A stretch of DNA of 64,000 nucleotides from Bdellovibrionales bacterium (GCA_965203095.1 OZ241877.1:1376001-1440000); one strand, 5' to 3'; shown: positions 10,291 through 20,958, counted from the stretch's first letter. Notes: generated by a model not told the origin, from the letters alone. A program made the numbers and translations.

Positions 10291-11262
10291 ATGAAAAAAC
10301 ATATCATTCGGCTTTTTAAAAATCTTCTTCCACCGAGCTTTTTATTATGGATAAAAAATGGCATTCGTAAATTGCTCTTTTTAACTCAAAAGCACGGGCA
10401 AATTATACTTATTGTTGGGATTGCTTTTTTGATTTCTGATTTGCTGGTAATAAAAAGCCACAATTTTTTGCTGGCAGACAATAACTTGCCTCCTATTCGC
10501 CTGTCCCGTCAAAGCTCTGTTTCCGGCTCATCGGTTTCCGATTACAACAACTTATGGGAAAACAATATTTTTCACACAGGGCCTATCCCTCAGCAGTTGG
10601 AAGAACCCCCAAGCAATGCGGAACCGGAAAAAAGCTCTTTGCCCTTTAAATTGAAAGGGACTATCATTCACGCCAACCCTAACCGATCCGTGGCCACTAT
10701 AGACGGAGGGCTAAAAAATAAAACTTCCTCCTATCAAGTGGGAGATGTGATAGAAAATCAGGCAGAAATCCGTCATATTCAAAGAGGTAAAGTGATTATT
10801 TTTAATCAAAACAACAATCGATTAGAATATATTGAGCTACCTGAAGAAAAATACTCCCTGGACATTTCCTACCAAGAGGACAAGCCTCAAGTTGAGGACA
10901 GAGGCATTGTTAAAAAAACTGGTGGCAATAGCTTTCAAGTGAATCGATCAGATGTTTACTCGCATTTACAAAAACTTCCTGAGATTTTAAATCAAGCAAA
11001 AGTTGTCCCTCACTATGAAGATGGAAAGATTATTGGTTGGCGATTTTCATCTGTAGATAAAGGCAGTGTGATTGAGAGTTTGGGCTTTTCCAAAGGGCAT
11101 ATTATTAGAGAGGTGGATGGAGAGACCATCACATCGCCTGAGAAAGCTATTGAGCTTTATGAAAGGCTGAAGTCCAGAAGTGCTGTAAAAATACTTGTCG
11201 AAAAAAACGGTAAGGAAGTATATTATGAATACAATGTCAATGAGGATGCTCCTATAAATTGA
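10291..11262 (+). CDS. gspC: Type II secretion protein C with PDZ domain
   Basis: N-terminal TM, LKGTI HR domain, C-terminal PDZ; first gene of the gsp cluster. Confidence 0.85.
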   Translation: MKKHIIRLFKNLLPPSFLLWIKNGIRKLLFLTQKHGQIILIVGIAFLISDLLVIKSHNFLLADNNLPPIRLSRQSSVSGSSVSDYNNLWENNIFHTGPIPQQLEEPPSNAEPEKSSLPFKLKGTIIHANPNRSVATIDGGLKNKTSSYQVGDVIENQAEIRHIQRGKVIIFNQNNNRLEYIELPEEKYSLDISYQEDKPQVEDRGIVKKTGGNSFQVNRSDVYSHLQKLPEILNQAKVVPHYEDGKIIGWRFSSVDKGSVIESLGFSKGHIIREVDGETITSPEKAIELYERLKSRSAVKILVEKNGKEVYYEYNVNEDAPIN

Positions 11263-11270
11263 GGAAAAAC

Positions 11271-14018
11271 ATGTTGTATAAGGGACAACTGCTTATTTTT
11301 TGTTTTGGTCTTCTCTGCTATGTGGGGCCAGCCTTTTCTGATACTAAAGGAAAAGCTGTTTCCCCAATTCCCACAAAATCGATTCCTTTAGGGGGACCCC
11401 CTCCTTCAGTTCCAAAAGGAAAAACAGCTCCTCCGATTCAAAAAAAATCGCTATCTTCAAAAGAGCCTTCCTCAGCTCCAAAAGGGAAAACAACTTTCCC
11501 CATCCGGACAAAATCGTTTTCTTCAAAAGAATCTTCCTCCCCACTGAAAGGGAAAATCACTAAAGTGACTTTTGATAAAGCTTTGCCGGAGGATATTTCC
11601 AATGAGAACTTTCCGGATCGGATTGATAGTTTTGATTTCCCCAATGCCAATCTTCTTGATTTGGTTAAAGCCATAAGCAAACTGACAGGGATCAATTTTA
11701 TTGTTGATCCCAATTTAAAAAGCAAAAAAATTTCCATCATCTCTCCCTCCTCCATCACAGTGGCTGAGGCTTATAAAGCCTTTTTGTCTGCTTTAGCGGC
11801 TAATAATTACACTGTGGTTAAATCCGGAGCTTTTTGGAAAATCAAAAAATCCGAAGATGCCCACAGTGACAATATAGAGGTTTATAGCGGAGATTATTTC
11901 CCCAACACCGATCAGCTGATCACGCGAATTATCAAATTAAAACATATCAATGCAAAAAACTTTTCCACTTCTATTAAATGGCTTTTATCAAAAGAAAATA
12001 AAGATCGAATCTCTGCTTATGAGGGTTCTAACAGTATTATTCTCTCTGACTATGGTTCAGTGATAGAGCGAATTATGAAAATCGTCTATGAAATGGATGT
12101 TCCCGGTTCTGAAGAAACTGTTGAAATTATCCCCATCCAACATGCCTCTGCCGAAGAGTTATCTGGTCTTTTGATAGAGCTTCTCTCCATTAACCGCCCA
12201 TCCTCTCGATCTGCTTATAACCGGCCCAGGGGGAAATCTCGCATGGCTCTTTCTCCTAATGTCAAAAAATCTTCTTCAGGAAATGTAAAAATATCCACAA
12301 TTGTATCGGATTCGCGAACCAACTCTCTTGTGGTTTCTGCTAATGAAAGCGGTTTAGAAAGGGTCTATACGTTAGTCAAAAAATTAGACACCCCAGTAGA
12401 CGCAGGGAGGACTGGAGGGGTTTATGTCTACAATGTCCTGTATGGAACAGCGGAAGAAATTTATAATACCCTTATGGGGATCAAACCCTCTTCAAAACAA
12501 AGCAATAAACAAAACCGGCAGGATGTTTTTTCCCAACCAAAAAGTTCTCGCCCTCGCTCCTTTTCCTCCTTTGGCCGGAGAACTAACAACTCTCCACTAT
12601 TTGATGAAAGTGTGGGCATCCTTTCAGATACTAATACCAATAGCTTAATTATTAGTGCAAAAAGCAAATACGATTATGAGAGAGTCTTGTCTGTTTTAAA
12701 AAAAATTGATGTTCCAAGGGATCAGGTTTTTATACAAGCCATTATTATTGAAATGTTAGTTAGTAAGGGGAATAGTAGGGAATTTAATTTGGCAGGAGCT
12801 GTGGGCAATCTTTTTGAAAACAGTTTTCTGGCAGAAATTGGTTTTAAAAACATTTTAGGTTCTTCTATAGCTGGTTTTTTAAGTCAGTCTTTTGGTTTAG
12901 ATAATCTGAAACCTGCTGGCATAGGGCCGGGCCTTATTTTGAGTGCTCCTTTAAGCAGTTTTTTATCGGATTCTCAAGGGACGGCTTTTCCTCCAATAGA
13001 TTCTGTAGTCTCCAGTGAAAGGGCGGCAACAATTCAAAGTCGAAGAGATGATATGTATCTTAAAGAAAATCGCCTTCTTCGGTATTCTCAAATTCCTTTA
13101 TTAAAAATGTTAAAAACAGCTACCAATATCAATATTCTCTCCACTCCACAATTAACCACCTTAGACAATGTGAAAGCCTTTATCGAAGTAGGGGAAAATG
13201 CCCCTGTGGGATTAACCAGCACAGCTACAGCGGGGGCCTTGGCTCAAAATTCTGTAGATAGAGAGGACATTACATTGCGGTTAGATATACTCCCCCGAAT
13301 CAATCCTGAATCGGGAACTGTGCAAATGGATATTACTCAAAAATTTGACGATTTTTCCGATAGAAATCCCACAGCCAGTGAGTTGGCCGCTCGTAGTGTG
13401 AACATTGTAAAAAGACAAATAAAGACTAAAATGGTTTTAAACGACGGGGAAACAGCAGTTTTAGGAGGGCTTTTAACCGATAAAGAAATTCAAAAAGACA
13501 ATAAAGTGCCTTTGTTAGGTGATCTTCCGGTTATAGGTTGGCTGTTTAAAGGTTCATCAGTTCAAAAAGAAAAACGGAATCTGATGGTTTTTATTACTCC
13601 TACTATTATCAAAGGGGAAATACATAAGGAAAAAACAAAAGAAATTTTAGGTAAAAAACTGGAAGAGAGAATACAATTCATCAAACAGAATGCAAAGGGA
13701 ACAGACCCTCACGGGATAACTTTAAAAAAATTAATTTCTGAACCTGAGTCTTTTTTAAACAGTAATAAAAAGAGTGAGATGGAACAAAACTCCTCTTTTG
13801 AAAAAACTCCTGAGCAACAAGATCAAACCTTGCCTATTGATGAATTTGATTTTCAAGAAATAGTGCCTGATGAATCCGAGGAGTTAAGGCCGGAAGATTA
13901 TTCGCCAGCTCTTCCGGAAGAAGATCCCTCTCCAGGGACAGACAATGAGTTTTTAGAGGAATCGGAAGTTGAAGATTCTGATTATAATCCTATTCCTTCA
14001 TCTCCAGAAAATTTTTAG
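11271..14018 (+). CDS. gspD: Type II secretion secretin
   Basis: N-domain repeats (RTNSLVV, NTNSLII), NILSTPQL, KVPLLGDLPVIGWLF. Confidence 0.93.
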   Translation: MLYKGQLLIFCFGLLCYVGPAFSDTKGKAVSPIPTKSIPLGGPPPSVPKGKTAPPIQKKSLSSKEPSSAPKGKTTFPIRTKSFSSKESSSPLKGKITKVTFDKALPEDISNENFPDRIDSFDFPNANLLDLVKAISKLTGINFIVDPNLKSKKISIISPSSITVAEAYKAFLSALAANNYTVVKSGAFWKIKKSEDAHSDNIEVYSGDYFPNTDQLITRIIKLKHINAKNFSTSIKWLLSKENKDRISAYEGSNSIILSDYGSVIERIMKIVYEMDVPGSEETVEIIPIQHASAEELSGLLIELLSINRPSSRSAYNRPRGKSRMALSPNVKKSSSGNVKISTIVSDSRTNSLVVSANESGLERVYTLVKKLDTPVDAGRTGGVYVYNVLYGTAEEIYNTLMGIKPSSKQSNKQNRQDVFSQPKSSRPRSFSSFGRRTNNSPLFDESVGILSDTNTNSLIISAKSKYDYERVLSVLKKIDVPRDQVFIQAIIIEMLVSKGNSREFNLAGAVGNLFENSFLAEIGFKNILGSSIAGFLSQSFGLDNLKPAGIGPGLILSAPLSSFLSDSQGTAFPPIDSVVSSERAATIQSRRDDMYLKENRLLRYSQIPLLKMLKTATNINILSTPQLTTLDNVKAFIEVGENAPVGLTSTATAGALAQNSVDREDITLRLDILPRINPESGTVQMDITQKFDDFSDRNPTASELAARSVNIVKRQIKTKMVLNDGETAVLGGLLTDKEIQKDNKVPLLGDLPVIGWLFKGSSVQKEKRNLMVFITPTIIKGEIHKEKTKEILGKKLEERIQFIKQNAKGTDPHGITLKKLISEPESFLNSNKKSEMEQNSSFEKTPEQQDQTLPIDEFDFQEIVPDESEELRPEDYSPALPEEDPSPGTDNEFLEESEVEDSDYNPIPSSPENF

Positions 14019-14042
14019 TTTTTAAAAGGAGGCACTTTTACC

Positions 14043-15719
14043 GTGGCAATGGAGCAGGAAAAAATTGAGCAAATCTTTCTTAAGTCCACCTCCTTAACAG
14101 CAACTCAAATCCAGCAAATTTTGGAAATGAAAAATCAAAAAGGGACCAGCTTGCGGAAATCTTTAGAAAACAAAAAAACAGCCAACAGTGCATTGATGGA
14201 GCTGTGCCGAAGGTTAGATATTGTTTTTTTGCCGGACATTCCTTTTTCTGAAATCCCTTTAGATCTTATTTCCGGTATCCCCATTCAATACGCAAAAAGC
14301 CATAACATTTTACCTTATAAAGCCAGTGAAAAAAGCATTCAAATTTTAACCAGCAATCCTTTAAACTTTGAAGTTTTTAATAGTTTAAAAGTAAAATTTA
14401 AAAAACCTATAGAACCAGTAATGAGTTTTAATTATAAAATTCAAGAAGCCATAAACAGGGTTTATGAAAAAAGTGCACAAGATTTTGATGAGTTTGAAGA
14501 CATACAAGCAGAAGAATACAGCTTGCAAGATCCTGTGATTGACCTTTTAGATGCACACGATGAGGCCCCTATTATTAAGTTAGTGAATACCATATTGGTT
14601 CGTGCTGTAAAGGAAAGAGCCTCAGACATTCACTTAGAGCCTTATGAAAAGGAGTTTTTGATTCGATTTCGTGTGGACGGGAATCTTTACTCTGTTTTAA
14701 AACTCAAAAAACGACTTCAAAGTGCTATTAGCTCTCGAATCAAAATTATGGGAAAACTCAATATTGCAGAAAAGCGACTCCCTCAAGATGGAAGCATCCC
14801 TTTAAGGTTGGCGGGAAAAGATATTGACATTCGTTTAAACACCATCCCCACAGCTTTTGGAGAAAGATTAGTGTTGCGACTGCAAGATCGCTCTCAAACT
14901 TTTTTGCAAATCGATCAGTTAGGTTTTTCTCAAAAAAACAGAGAGCAGTTGGAAGGGCTTTTAGGGAAAAGCTACGGGATCATTTTAGCTACCGGCCCTA
15001 CGGGAAGTGGTAAATCTTCAACTCTTTATGCTTGCCTTTCGCGTATCAATTCTAATGACATAAATATTATCACTATTGAAGATCCTGTAGAGCAAAGGAT
15101 CCAGGGCTTAGGGCAAATTCAAGTGAACTCCAAAATTGGTTTAACTTTTGCTAAAGGCTTGAGATCCATTTTAAGGCAAGACCCTGATGTAATTATGGTT
15201 GGTGAGATTAGAGATCTGGAGACTATGAAAATATCTATAAACGCCTCTTTAACAGGGCATTTGGTGCTTTCTACATTGCACACTAACGATTCTGCTGGAG
15301 TATTTCCTCGGCTGATAGATATGGGTTGTGAACCGTTTTTAATTGCCACTTCCCTTTTAGGGGTGATCTCACAAAGGTTAGTGAGACTGCTTTGCTCGCA
15401 CTGTAAAATCCCTCATCAACCAACAAAAAATGAACTGAATGCTCTTGCCGGATATGGGATCAAAAAAACATTTTATAAAACAAAAGGTTGTGCCAAATGC
15501 AATTATAAAGGCTATCTTGGCAGGACCGCCATATCTGAAATTCTTATTGTTAATGATGAAATTCGCTCTTTAATTTTGCAAAACTCTACTGGAAACGATA
15601 TAAAAAAGAAAGCCATTGAGCAGGGGATGATCACTTTTAGAGAGCATGGTTTTGAAAAGGCAGTAGAGGGCTTAACAACTATTGAAGAAGTTTTATCCAA
15701 CACACAGTTAGATATTTAA
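14043..15719 (+). CDS. gspE: Type II secretion ATPase
   Basis: ASDIHLEP, GPTGSGKS, LRQDPDVIMVGEIRD, Cys4 motif. Confidence 0.95.
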   Translation: MAMEQEKIEQIFLKSTSLTATQIQQILEMKNQKGTSLRKSLENKKTANSALMELCRRLDIVFLPDIPFSEIPLDLISGIPIQYAKSHNILPYKASEKSIQILTSNPLNFEVFNSLKVKFKKPIEPVMSFNYKIQEAINRVYEKSAQDFDEFEDIQAEEYSLQDPVIDLLDAHDEAPIIKLVNTILVRAVKERASDIHLEPYEKEFLIRFRVDGNLYSVLKLKKRLQSAISSRIKIMGKLNIAEKRLPQDGSIPLRLAGKDIDIRLNTIPTAFGERLVLRLQDRSQTFLQIDQLGFSQKNREQLEGLLGKSYGIILATGPTGSGKSSTLYACLSRINSNDINIITIEDPVEQRIQGLGQIQVNSKIGLTFAKGLRSILRQDPDVIMVGEIRDLETMKISINASLTGHLVLSTLHTNDSAGVFPRLIDMGCEPFLIATSLLGVISQRLVRLLCSHCKIPHQPTKNELNALAGYGIKKTFYKTKGCAKCNYKGYLGRTAISEILIVNDEIRSLILQNSTGNDIKKKAIEQGMITFREHGFEKAVEGLTTIEEVLSNTQLDI

Positions 15720-15733
15720 AAATCTATTTTCCC

Positions 15734-16945
15734 ATGTCTGTATTTGAATATAAAGGGTTAAATTCATCAGGTCGCTTGATCAAAGGGCGATGGGAGGCAG
15801 AAAACCTATCGACAGCCAAAAGAGAATTAAAAAGCCAGGGGATTTTTCTTCAAGAAATCAAAAGCCAAAGTCATGAGGAGCGAGGGGTTGTTCTCCCTTT
15901 TGGATCAAAAAAAATTAAGACAAAAGAGTTAGCTATTTTCACTCGTCTTTTATCTTCTCTGTTAAGGGCTGGTGTCCCTTTAGTGGAAGCATTAGATTCC
16001 ATATCGCAACAGTTGCCCAATGCTCGCTTTCGTTTAACTGTGGCCCGATTGAAAGATCAGGTCAATGAGGGAAAGCCCTTTCACTTGGCTTTAAAAGAAT
16101 ACCCTTTGATTTTTGATATGATTTATGTCTCTTTATGCGAATCGGGAGAGGCCAGCGGTTCTTTAGACAATATTTTAGAGCAAATTGCCGATTTAATGGA
16201 AAAGCGATCGGCTGTTCAAAATAAAGTTTTAATGGCTTTATTTTATCCAGGAATACTGCTGACTATTGCTCTGTCTGTGATGATTATCCTTTGTGTTTAT
16301 GTAATACCTAACTTAATGGATCTGTTTGAAAGTGCTGAAGATCTTCCTTGGATGACTAAAGTGACATTAAGCTTAAGTCATTTTCTTGTTAATTATTGGT
16401 TGGTTCTCATTATAACAAGTTTTGCTTTTTTTTATGCCTTTCTCAAATGGAAAAAATCTTTAAGAGGGAGAAAATCTTGGGATCGTTTAATTTTATCTTT
16501 CCCTGTAATAGGGCGATTGATTAGAGCCGCGGATATTGCTATGTTTTCAAAAACTTTATCCACTTTGCTTAAAGGGGGAGTGCCTGTTTTAAAGTCTATG
16601 GAAATTGTTCAAAATGTATTGAGCAATAGCCTCATTCAACAAGCTGTTCAAAAAGCAAGAGAAAACATTAAAGAGGGAGAACCAGTGGTTGAGCCTTTAG
16701 CCCGATCGGGCCAGTTCCCGCCAGTGGTTTTGCAAATGATACGAGTAGGGGAAAAAACAGGGGAATTAGAAAGCATGTTGGAGCAGATCAGCCAATCTTA
16801 TGATCGGCAAGTGGAGGTGGAAGTCTCTGCTCTAACAGCACTTTTAGGCCCTGTGATGATCCTCTTTATGGCTTTAATAATTGCTTTTATTTTAATGTCT
16901 GTTCTTATGCCTATGATGAGCAGTTTTGATGCTATTGGAGGCTGA
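15734..16945 (+). CDS. gspF: Type II secretion inner-membrane protein F
   Basis: Two GspF domains (GEASGSL, GEKTGEL). Confidence 0.93.
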   Translation: MSVFEYKGLNSSGRLIKGRWEAENLSTAKRELKSQGIFLQEIKSQSHEERGVVLPFGSKKIKTKELAIFTRLLSSLLRAGVPLVEALDSISQQLPNARFRLTVARLKDQVNEGKPFHLALKEYPLIFDMIYVSLCESGEASGSLDNILEQIADLMEKRSAVQNKVLMALFYPGILLTIALSVMIILCVYVIPNLMDLFESAEDLPWMTKVTLSLSHFLVNYWLVLIITSFAFFYAFLKWKKSLRGRKSWDRLILSFPVIGRLIRAADIAMFSKTLSTLLKGGVPVLKSMEIVQNVLSNSLIQQAVQKARENIKEGEPVVEPLARSGQFPPVVLQMIRVGEKTGELESMLEQISQSYDRQVEVEVSALTALLGPVMILFMALIIAFILMSVLMPMMSSFDAIGG

Positions 16946-17011
16946 GCTTTATTTATAATATCTTGATAATTAGTCTTGACTTTTTATCAATAGGCTGAAT
17001 AATAATTATAT

Positions 17012-18187
17012 ATGAAAATCCGCTACTTGAACTCTGTAATATGTGATGATGCTTTTAAAAGCCGGAAAATAGCCTTTGTCAGTGGCCCTCGACAAGTGGG
17101 CAAAACCACTTTGGGCCAACAATTATTGAAAGATAAAAATAATTATTTTTCATGGGATCAAACAGAGTTTAGAAGGCTATGGGCAAAAAATCCTGAAAAG
17201 ATATTAGAACAAATAGGCTCTGGTCCGGTCTTATTTGATGAAATTCATAAAGACCGATTTTGGAAATTAAAAATTAAGAGTATTTATGATAGTCATTCCG
17301 ATCAGCTTTCTATTTTAGTGACAGGAAGTGCTCGTCTTGATATATACCGTAAAGGAAGTGATAGCCTTTTGGGGAGATATATCCCTTATCGCTTGCATCC
17401 TTTTTCTGTTTCGGAAAGTTTAACTCCTCCGGCTCCAAGTGAAGTTTTAAAAAAATTTAAAGTCTCTTATCCATGGAAAGATCTGATAGTTTTAGGGGGT
17501 TATCCTGAGCCTTTATTATCCGGTCGGGAACAAAAAGCAAGAAGATGGTCTCGCCTTCGTTTAGATCGCTTGGCTTATGAAGACACAAGAGACATTAAAG
17601 TCATTTCTAATTTAAACGCTTTTAGAACTCTTTTAGATTTAGTTCCTGAAAAAGTAGGTTCTCTTTTCTCTTTTCACTCTTTGAGAGAGGATATAGGAAC
17701 AGCTTATGCCACTGTGAGAGATTGGATTTTGCTGTCGGAAATGCTTTATTACGGTTTTTTTATAAAACCTTATTCTAAAAAATTTAAAAGATCAATTAAA
17801 GCTCTACCAAAATTTTATCTTTATGATATTTTACAAATTCCAAAAACAGAAAATTCTAAACGGTTGGAAAATTTAACAGCACTTCATCTTTTGAAGGCTT
17901 GTCATTTTTGGACAGACATTGGAGAGGATTTTTTTGAATTGTCTTTTGTAAGAGATAAAGAAAAAAGAGAGGTGGATTTTTTAATCATTAAAGACAAAAA
18001 ACCTTGGATGTTGATAGAATGCAAATCCAATTCAAAAAAGCCGACTCCTAATCTGCTTTATTACTCAAAAAAGCTAAAAACAGCTTTAAACTTTCAGCTC
18101 ATTGACTGCAAAAACTATGATAGAAAATATCGGCTACCCAATGTGCGAGTGATGGACTATGAAAAGTTTTTCTCTGGATTCTTATAA
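17012..18187 (+). CDS. AAA+ ATPase with DUF4143-type C-terminal domain
   Basis: GPRQVGKTT, FDEIH, TGSA, GGYPE, EVDF...IECK. Confidence 0.88.
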   Translation: MKIRYLNSVICDDAFKSRKIAFVSGPRQVGKTTLGQQLLKDKNNYFSWDQTEFRRLWAKNPEKILEQIGSGPVLFDEIHKDRFWKLKIKSIYDSHSDQLSILVTGSARLDIYRKGSDSLLGRYIPYRLHPFSVSESLTPPAPSEVLKKFKVSYPWKDLIVLGGYPEPLLSGREQKARRWSRLRLDRLAYEDTRDIKVISNLNAFRTLLDLVPEKVGSLFSFHSLREDIGTAYATVRDWILLSEMLYYGFFIKPYSKKFKRSIKALPKFYLYDILQIPKTENSKRLENLTALHLLKACHFWTDIGEDFFELSFVRDKEKREVDFLIIKDKKPWMLIECKSNSKKPTPNLLYYSKKLKTALNFQLIDCKNYDRKYRLPNVRVMDYEKFFSGFL

Positions 18188-18231
18188 GACAGGTTTCACC
18201 TCAAAGAAGGCGAATTTGAGCTATTCATAGT

Positions 18232-18981
18232 TTAGGTAAAGGCTTTGGGTTTAAAGTCTGGCTTATTGATCAAACTGGCACTATCTCCCACAGCCTTTAT
18301 CACAAATAAACCCTCTGCTTCCGATAAAACATGAGCCTTGCCTTCGCTCTTTAAATAAGCCACAGCTCCATACAAAGTGTCAGCCTTAAATTTTGGAAAA
18401 TAAGATTTAAAATCTTGTAAATTGGATAAAAAATGATGAAGGTCTTTTGGAGATAAAACTGTTTTCACCTCCACAATCACTACTTCCTTCCCATTGGCTA
18501 CAATAATGTCAAACTCTGTCCTTTTTTGAACAGTGCCATCTTTATTTGTTAACTGTGCCTCCACATTGGGTAAGGTTTGATTTACTTGGATACCCCTTTC
18601 CCTTAATAAATGAACCAGCTTGCCCTTAACCAAGGATTCCACTAAGTGACCCCATCGTTTATTAAAACGACCACCCACTTTTTGTATCATACGATCTGTC
18701 CTTTCCTGTTGGGCTTGAAATCTTTTCATCTCTTTTTCAGCTTTTTCAGCTCTTTTTTCCCAAGCTTCTTGATAGGCTTTCTGACTGGCTTGAAACTCTT
18801 TTTGCCGAGCTTCTCGCTCTTTTTCAGCTTTTTCAGCTCTTTTTTCCCAAGCTTCTTGATAGGCTTTCTGACTGGCTTGAAACTCTTTTTGGCGGACTGA
18901 GATGTCTTTTAAGTTTTTTTGTGTCTCTCGGACAAGTTTCCAGACTTCATCTAAATCAGGAAAAGTGGGTTTATTGTTCAT
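18232..18981 (-). CDS. Coiled-coil plus PD-(D/E)XK-like domain protein (DUF3782-like)
   Basis: Coiled coil with a 29-aa repeat, then WGHLVESLV and EFDIIV...VEVKT motifs. Confidence 0.7.
   Translation of the reverse strand: MNNKPTFPDLDEVWKLVRETQKNLKDISVRQKEFQASQKAYQEAWEKRAEKAEKEREARQKEFQASQKAYQEAWEKRAEKAEKEMKRFQAQQERTDRMIQKVGGRFNKRWGHLVESLVKGKLVHLLRERGIQVNQTLPNVEAQLTNKDGTVQKRTEFDIIVANGKEVVIVEVKTVLSPKDLHHFLSNLQDFKSYFPKFKADTLYGAVAYLKSEGKAHVLSEAEGLFVIKAVGDSASLINKPDFKPKAFT
18730..18891. repeat. Intragenic direct repeat, period 87 bp, about 75 bp identical
   Basis: 18730-18804 matches 18817-18891. Confidence 0.9.
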
Positions 18982-19141
18982 TATATTTCTCCTTTTGGCA
19001 TTATTATACTGAAAAACTTTAAAAAAGCTATCCTCAATTTATTTTTTTGATTTATTAGAGGCAGGAAATCTCTGATAGTGGCTTTTCTGCCCATGAGCTT
19101 ATCAAAATAAAAGTCTTTTAAAACTATTCCAACAGGAATCC

Positions 19142-19996
19142 TTATGGTTTCAGCTGATTGATATGGGATATTTTGGACACAATGTCTCCAAGATAGAGTT
19201 CGAGTTCATAGCCAAGCTTGGCCACACTAATACCTACATAAACACCTATAACTTCTCCTCTATCATTCATTGCTGGACCGCCACTCATTCCCTCAGTTTC
19301 TTTTCTGAATCCATTAAAATTTGGATTTTTTTTAAGTTCTTCAATGATCAGATCAGATTTTGCAAATTGTGTAAGTTCAGCTAAAGAAAATCTCAAAGGA
19401 ATTCTAATTACTTTAAAGTGCCTCTCCCTATATGTAGTAGATTCAATTTCACTCTTAAGACTTGTAAAAGATCCATCAGCATAACCTAAAATGTAAATAA
19501 TATCTCCTTCTTGGGCTGGTCTTGAGCTGAGTTTTAGAAAAGGAATTTCCACTTCTCCCTTGTCAATCCTTTCCACCTCAATTAAGGCTATATCATGCTC
19601 TTTTGAAAAAGCTATAATTTTTTTAAAACGAAAATGACCTATTGCCCCAAGAATCCACATTTCGGACAACCCGTTTTCCAAACCTTCTATAACATGATGG
19701 GCCGTGACTAAAGTTGTAGGACTGATAAAAAAACCTGTCCCTTGCCTTCGTTCTTCATTGGATGTGATGGTAAGAGAACGGATAGCATTTTGTTGTTGTT
19801 GAATTGAAATAGGTGTTTTTGAGTAAGAGTAAAAAATTCTATTTTGACCAAAATTAGTATCAAGCTCCTCTGGCTTCACAGATTGCAAGCCAGAAGATTG
19901 CAAGCCAGAATACTCAAACTCAATTTCATTAGAAAAGGCAAGGCTTGTAATAAAGCAAGAAAAAATAAGAATTGTCCAAATAAAGATTTTTTTCAT
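19142..19996 (-). CDS. Secreted trypsin-like serine protease
   Basis: Signal peptide MKKIFIW...; GTGF, TAHHV, DIAL and GMSGGP catalytic-triad motifs. Confidence 0.88.
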   Translation of the reverse strand: MKKIFIWTILIFSCFITSLAFSNEIEFEYSGLQSSGLQSVKPEELDTNFGQNRIFYSYSKTPISIQQQQNAIRSLTITSNEERRQGTGFFISPTTLVTAHHVIEGLENGLSEMWILGAIGHFRFKKIIAFSKEHDIALIEVERIDKGEVEIPFLKLSSRPAQEGDIIYILGYADGSFTSLKSEIESTTYRERHFKVIRIPLRFSLAELTQFAKSDLIIEELKKNPNFNGFRKETEGMSGGPAMNDRGEVIGVYVGISVAKLGYELELYLGDIVSKISHINQLKP

Positions 19997-20092
19997 TATG
20001 AAATAATAACTAAAACAAAAAAGTTGAAAAATCAAGATCAAAATCCAAAAATGGAAAAATTTACAATTTTCATCTAAATTTTAGAAAAAATA

Positions 20093-20169
20093 TGGTAGGG
20101 GCTGAAGGACTCGAACCTTCGATCCTCCGGTTATGAGCCGGATGCTTTAACCAACTAAGCTAAGCCCCC
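20093..20169 (-). tRNA. tRNA with CAU anticodon, probably tRNA-Ile2 (lysidine) rather than Met
   Basis: Full cloverleaf GGGGGCT TA GCTT..AAGC A TCCGG CTCATAA CCGGA .. GAAGG TTCGAGT CCTTC AGCCCCT A CCA. Confidence 0.92.
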
Positions 20170-20196
20170 AAAAAATCAAAAATGTTTGAACTGTGT

Positions 20197-20727
20197 TTAT
20201 ATTCTTTTTATAATTTGCATAAGCATTCTCAGCCCACCGAATATTTTAAATCGACAATTCTTGTAATGATAATCTGGTTTTTTTAAAAAAACATGGTTTA
20301 TTTTTTTAACATCCTTCCATTCTTTTTCCGGCATGTAAGACCATTCCTCATACCCTGTGTTGTCAGTATATCTAATAATATAATGATTTTCCACAATTTT
20401 ATGCCCCTTACAAGCCAAATGGATATTTTTTTTCATCTCCTCACGGTTGTCACAATGAACAGTTTTTTGAGAATACACAATTAAAAAACCATCCCCTTTG
20501 ACAATCATTTTTTTGACCCAGTCATATTTTTCGTGAAAGGTGGGGTAAGCCCCTATATCCACTGTTTTTAATATGGGATCAAAGTCAAAAAAAACTCCTT
20601 GCTGGCTGTCCTCCTTAGTGCACAGCATGGAGCTACAACCTAACAAAGGAAAAGAAAACAAAAAAAGAATAATACTTTTTGGTAAGCCTTGTAGGAAAGA
20701 CAGAGATTTCTGGATTCCCGTTTTCAT
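20197..20727 (-). CDS. Hypothetical lipoprotein; ORF-track 5' extension to 20949 is repeat-derived
   Basis: Hydrophobic stretch plus LLGC lipobox; nearest in-frame ATG lies within a REP-like repeat. Confidence 0.55.
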   Translation of the reverse strand: MKTGIQKSLSFLQGLPKSIILFLFSFPLLGCSSMLCTKEDSQQGVFFDFDPILKTVDIGAYPTFHEKYDWVKKMIVKGDGFLIVYSQKTVHCDNREEMKKNIHLACKGHKIVENHYIIRYTDNTGYEEWSYMPEKEWKDVKKINHVFLKKPDYHYKNCRFKIFGGLRMLMQIIKRI

Positions 20728-20958
20728 GGGATTGAGGATTGCCGGGGGCCATCCGAAAAGGTTCGCGGGAAAGATAGATTTCTCTGGATTCCCGTTTTCA
20801 TGGGATTGAGGATTGCCGGGGGCCATCCGAAAAACTAAGTGGGATTGACTTGGTTCACGGGAGCCAAAAAGTTTGGGGATTTTTTTGGCAAACTTGCTGG
20901 GGTCCAGCCGAAAAGGTTCGCGGGATCGATTAAATGTAGACTTTTTCACGGAGGACTA
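20704..20958. repeat. Composite repeat: two REP-containing units (period 74 bp), a G-rich hairpin unit and an element terminus
   Basis: CTGGATTCCCGTTTTCATGGGATTGAGGATTGCCGGGGGCCATCCGAAAA at 20710 and 20784; 20924-20958 is the reverse complement of the type II element left end. Confidence 0.8.

Noticed and set aside
20704..20834. Possible mini CRISPR array
   Set aside because: Only two units, the would-be spacer is also repeated, the units belong to the REP-like family, and there are no cas genes
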